Shown in pieces: positions 60,035-64,000 of a stretch of DNA of 64,000 nt. The position numbers were made by a program, and so were the translations under genes. Below the pieces are notes generated by a model that was given only the letters and a program-made list of their open reading frames with translations, did not search any database and was not told the DNA's origin. The stretch is taken from positions 96,001-160,000 of the forward strand of contig CAVSHO010000009.1 in assembly GCA_963727825.1 (NCBI GenBank), read 5' to 3'. Numbering within the stretch: position 1 is the first letter of the stretch; each line of letters begins with the position of its first letter. The DNA comes from Ignavibacteriota bacterium. Lineage in GTDB: Bacteria > Bacteroidota > Ignavibacteria > UBA10030.

Positions 60035-62701
60035 CTACAACCCGCCAATCCAATATGTCAATTTTAACATGAAAATATTGTCAGGCTTCGAACTAACGAG
60101 ACGGTTGAACGAGCCATTTAATGCAAATGTTCCATCTACAACATCATCGGAACGGCTCTGTGTCCACACTAAGAAGAGTGTGGAACCGGGCATATATTCC
60201 CATCTCAATACAGCATTGCCGCGAAGAGATACATAATTAAAGTTCGGATTTGAAATATTCATAACCGGAGCTGGCCCGCTGCCATCCGGATCAAGATCAT
60301 AGCTGCCGATCGAACCATCTGAATTATCATTTCTCGTTATTGTAGAACCATCCTTGCCAAATTCTAGAAAATCAAACGATCGCGCACGTGAAAGTTCTTT
60401 GAAGTTGGTAAAATTCCCTGATGAAAGGAATGGTTGAGCAAAGAGTTGGAAGCTCAGTGTCGGTGTGAACGTCCAATCAACACGTATTTGAGCGGAGAGT
60501 TCTTTATAGACCAAATCTGCAAAAATATATCTCTTTCCATAAGTTGTCGAAGCAAGTTGGTCATCAAAACTTTCAATCCAATGTCCACGATCTAAGTTGA
60601 ATGTATAGGCGGGACCGAATGATATTGAAATACTTGAGATAGGACGCATTGTAAAGGATAAGCTTGCATTGTGATAAAATCCATCAGCTCCTTCATACGC
60701 ATACCAATAAGCTCCAAAAACATACTTGTTGCGGCTGTCGGAAGAATAACTAAAATTCCACTCGTAGCAATCGGGATTAAGCATTTTCGGACCACCGCGT
60801 GTTCGACAATCATTGATGGATTCAAATCCATAATCGTAATACAAACTGAAATAATCATAGCTCGGCAATTGATAATCAATGCCCCCCCAAACGCCTTTCC
60901 ATGTCGCATCCCCGCCAAAATCATAAGTTCCGAAAACTGAACCATAGATGTTCACATAACGATAATATTGCGTCGGATCATTCCACTTATATCCGGTACC
61001 TATATGACAATTGATTATATCGGTGCGTGATAGATATCCGAGATCTCCTGATTCAAATCCCGGGCTAATGAATCCAAACGCGGCATTGAGAATCATATTG
61101 CCCTTTTGTTTGTTCAAGGTAAACCGACCGGCATAACCGCTCAACGATGTTGCAGAACTATCTAAAGAAATATAGTGCGCATCGGGCCGCTGAAAATAAT
61201 GCGCAGAACTTTGCTGCAAATTTATCATCCGTTCACGAGTGCCTTGAACGTTTGAGACCGCAGCCCAACCCGAAATCATATATACTTTTCCCGTATCGAA
61301 TGCCGTCCAACCATCAAGAGCAGCGACATAGGAATTTTCATTGACATCTGTCTTGATACTAACGTCATCAAAAAATCTGTTTACAGACGTGACAAGAAGC
61401 CCTGCACCCTGACGGCCATCATTAAAATCCCGTTGAACGCGTGCGACCATGTATGATGTCATTGGTTCTGCTTCTAACGACCACTTTGTTCCATCAGTAT
61501 CCAATTGATCATACTCGCGCTTCGTTACAGCTTCTATCACTCCGACATTCCAGCCATCAATAACTTTACCAGTGATTTTTGCGGCACCGAGTATATGCGT
61601 ACCGAGCGGAACATCGGCATAATCGTAATCATAATTCGATAGATCGCGCTGAGGCGTGCGACCGATGCGACGGCTGTAAAATAAACTTGGCGATGACCAA
61701 TTAAAATTCCAATAGTTATTCACACCTCCCTGACCAAAGGAAAATATATTCATTCCTTCAAGAAAGAAAGGGCGTTTCTCCTGGAAATACGTTTCTACAT
61801 CGCTTAAATTTACAACAGCCGGATCAACTTCCACTTGGCCAAAATCCGGATTGATCGTTCCTTCGAGCACTAAGTTTGTGCTTAAACCCCATTTTAAATC
61901 CGCCCCAATACCCGGAGTATATTTTGATCCTGTATTAAACGGATCACCGGCATCGTGGGGTGCATATTCAGCTCGTCCGGTTATGTATGGAGTAATCTCA
62001 AATCTAGTTGGAGGCGTAATATTTTCGATGCCAAGAAGATCAGGATAACGAGAAACTGATCCGCTTTCGTTGCGCGGAGTATAAACGAGATAGTCCTGTT
62101 CTTTTTTCCTTGCTATAACGCGCTCAAAATCAATTCCCCAAATATATTGATCATGTTGTTCAAAGCGTAATTGGGAAAATGGAATCTTTATCTCAACACA
62201 CCATCCATCAGAAATGATCTTGGATTTTGCTTCCCATACTCCATCCCAGCTTCCATCGCTCCAATCGTCGTTGTAAAGAATCCCATCCCGCAATGCGCCT
62301 GCTGCCGATACGATAAAGTAAAAGCCATTTCGCTTATCATGATATGAATCGATGCCCACAGCAAATTCATCGGAACTGGCATCGTTATCACGCCGTGCAA
62401 GTCTAGTGATAATGGAATCAGGGTGTGCATCATGCATATGTGCAGCTATATATAATGCTTCATCATCATACGCGACCCACACTTCCGTCAATTCAGTTGC
62501 CGGTTTTCCTTGATCTGGGTTTTGCTGGAAAAAAGCCGTCGTGCCTGCACGCTGCCAGACTGACTCGGAGAGCACGCCATCAATCTTAATGGGTTCCTTT
62601 GTACGAACAGCGGAGATTTGTTTTACAAAGTCAGGCGGGTTGCTATAGCCAGACACAAATCCTACAAGAAGCGTCAGAAAAAACCATCCTAAAAGGCGCA
62701 T
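60035..62701 (-). CDS. CBM9-like sugar-binding domain plus DUF5916 outer-membrane protein
   Basis: IKIDGVLSE, YDDEALYI, EIKIPFSQLRF, TINPDFGQVEVD, EKRPFFLEG, FYSRRIG, LRWEY.PGS, KLTYW. Confidence 0.85.
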   Translation of the reverse strand: MRLLGWFFLTLLVGFVSGYSNPPDFVKQISAVRTKEPIKIDGVLSESVWQRAGTTAFFQQNPDQGKPATELTEVWVAYDDEALYIAAHMHDAHPDSIITRLARRDNDASSDEFAVGIDSYHDKRNGFYFIVSAAGALRDGILYNDDWSDGSWDGVWEAKSKIISDGWCVEIKIPFSQLRFEQHDQYIWGIDFERVIARKKEQDYLVYTPRNESGSVSRYPDLLGIENITPPTRFEITPYITGRAEYAPHDAGDPFNTGSKYTPGIGADLKWGLSTNLVLEGTINPDFGQVEVDPAVVNLSDVETYFQEKRPFFLEGMNIFSFGQGGVNNYWNFNWSSPSLFYSRRIGRTPQRDLSNYDYDYADVPLGTHILGAAKITGKVIDGWNVGVIEAVTKREYDQLDTDGTKWSLEAEPMTSYMVARVQRDFNDGRQGAGLLVTSVNRFFDDVSIKTDVNENSYVAALDGWTAFDTGKVYMISGWAAVSNVQGTRERMINLQQSSAHYFQRPDAHYISLDSSATSLSGYAGRFTLNKQKGNMILNAAFGFISPGFESGDLGYLSRTDIINCHIGTGYKWNDPTQYYRYVNIYGSVFGTYDFGGDATWKGVWGGIDYQLPSYDYFSLYYDYGFESINDCRTRGGPKMLNPDCYEWNFSYSSDSRNKYVFGAYWYAYEGADGFYHNASLSFTMRPISSISISFGPAYTFNLDRGHWIESFDDQLASTTYGKRYIFADLVYKELSAQIRVDWTFTPTLSFQLFAQPFLSSGNFTNFKELSRARSFDFLEFGKDGSTITRNDNSDGSIGSYDLDPDGSGPAPVMNISNPNFNYVSLRGNAVLRWEYMPGSTLFLVWTQSRSDDVVDGTFALNGSFNRLVSSKPDNIFMLKLTYWIGGL

Positions 62702-62924
62702 CTGATTCCTATAAATTATCTATGATAATGTATCAGACTCGACTTTAATCGAAAAGGTTGGGGGGATAATAATCGCTCATCCCTTCTCTCATTAATAAAT
62801 GGCATACGAAATATGAAGCAAACTTGTTGCAATAATAGTTTCTCCCTGTAAATCTTCCTCACTGAAAAAGAAACAATCACCTCGTTGGTTAGATTTCCAT
62901 ATATCCGATAGAAATGCGGCTGGA

Positions 62925-64000
62925 TTACATCGCAGGTAGTGGTTGATCGCCTTGTGCCTCAGGAAGATATACATGAAATGTTGTTCCCTTGCCCACAACA
63001 CTTTCGACGGTTATGAATCCCTTGTGTCCTTTTACAATTCCAGCAACGATCGACAATCCCAATCCCGTTCCCTTGCTGATTTCTTTGGTAGTATAAAATG
63101 GTTCGAATATTTTTTCGATTCGTTCTGGAGGAATGCCAATGCCTGTATCGGAAATTGTCAAAACTAAAAATGAACCTTCGTTAGCATTTGGAATCATTTC
63201 AGCCATTGTTTTACTCACTTGTTCACAAGCAAGCGATATCGTAAGACGACCACCCTCTGGCATTGCATCTTTTGCATTAGTGATCAAATTAACTAATACT
63301 TGTCGAAGCTGAGTTTCATCGCCAAGCACAATGGTAGAGTTATCTGGAAGATTGCTTTCAACCTCGATATTAGGCGGCAAAGTTTCCTGAATCGCAGATA
63401 GAGCACTACGCAAGATATCAGAAACTTGCAGCGGCACATGTTGTCCTTCTACACCGCGAACAAAAGCAAGCACCTGCTGAATAAGATTGATGCTATACTC
63501 AGCGCTAAGCCCGATAGATGTCAACATGGATTTGCTGTTTTTATCTTCAACTTTCCGTTGCAGTAATTCTGCCGCCATCTTCACAGGCACCAAAAGGTTC
63601 TTCAAATCATGCGCCATGCCGCTTGCTAAAACGCCAATACTTTCTATCCGTTGCGCTCGCAGTTGTTTCGCTTCCAAACGCTTTCGCTCCGTCACATCAA
63701 TCAGAACACCCTCGATATATCCTTTATCAGAGAATAAAGTGCCGGAAAAAGAAATACACGCTTCCGTTTTATCGAAACGCTGAACCGTAATTTCAAGGTT
63801 TTTTATTGTTCCTTGTTTTTGAAGCGTAGTAATTATTTGGTCTCGATCTGCCGTTGGGATTGTCTCAAATATTTGTTTTACTTCTTCTGGAGTCTTTACA
63901 CCTAACATTTCTAACAATGCACGATTTGCTTCCAACACATCCCACGAATTTGTAGAAAGGCGCACCATGCCGGCAAGCGAGTTCTCAAAGAGATTACGGT
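62925..64000 (-). CDS. PAS-domain sensor histidine kinase (5' end outside the window)
   Basis: DVTERK, LASGMAHDLKN (H box), NLITNAKDAM, DTGIGI, FEPFYTTK, GTGLGL; the frame is open to the window edge. Confidence 0.92.
   Translation of the reverse strand, partial: RNLFENSLAGMVRLSTNSWDVLEANRALLEMLGVKTPEEVKQIFETIPTADRDQIITTLQKQGTIKNLEITVQRFDKTEACISFSGTLFSDKGYIEGVLIDVTERKRLEAKQLRAQRIESIGVLASGMAHDLKNLLVPVKMAAELLQRKVEDKNSKSMLTSIGLSAEYSINLIQQVLAFVRGVEGQHVPLQVSDILRSALSAIQETLPPNIEVESNLPDNSTIVLGDETQLRQVLVNLITNAKDAMPEGGRLTISLACEQVSKTMAEMIPNANEGSFLVLTISDTGIGIPPERIEKIFEPFYTTKEISKGTGLGLSIVAGIVKGHKGFITVESVVGKGTTFHVYLPEAQGDQPLPAM

Overview
Bacterial chromosomal window, most likely from an Ignavibacteria-like member of the Bacteroidota/Chlorobiota group. 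This is inferred from a T9SS/Por-type C-terminal sorting tail on a subtilase, a DUF4922-GT2-SpoIID-AmpG cluster and a DUF5916-type protein. Most of it is housekeeping: folD, purM, valS, queDEFC, dinB, truA, nadCAB, proBA, tlpA-dsbD and a small surface-polysaccharide cluster. I found no rRNA, tRNA or CRISPR array. About a dozen single-base frame breaks, one of them in essential valS, look like long-read indel errors. The points most worth follow-up are: (1) a 27.4-30.7 kb hotspot with two consecutive ~0.99 kb inserts, each bracketed by a duplicated 3' end of the upstream gene. One insert carries an AbrB-VapC toxin-antitoxin pair. The other leaves a DNA methyltransferase with two alternative C-terminal segments, plus an MTase/DUF3800 chimera. 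(2) A small lipoprotein that looks like a free-standing copy of the pro-domain of the T9SS subtilase encoded next to it. (3) A RAYT transposase with flanking REP hairpins and several other palindrome families, including a three-layer nested element and a palindrome translated in frame inside AmpG. (4) A kinase-GT2-GNAT-DUF4922-SpoIID-AmpG operon that may encode an undescribed cell-wall sugar salvage route.
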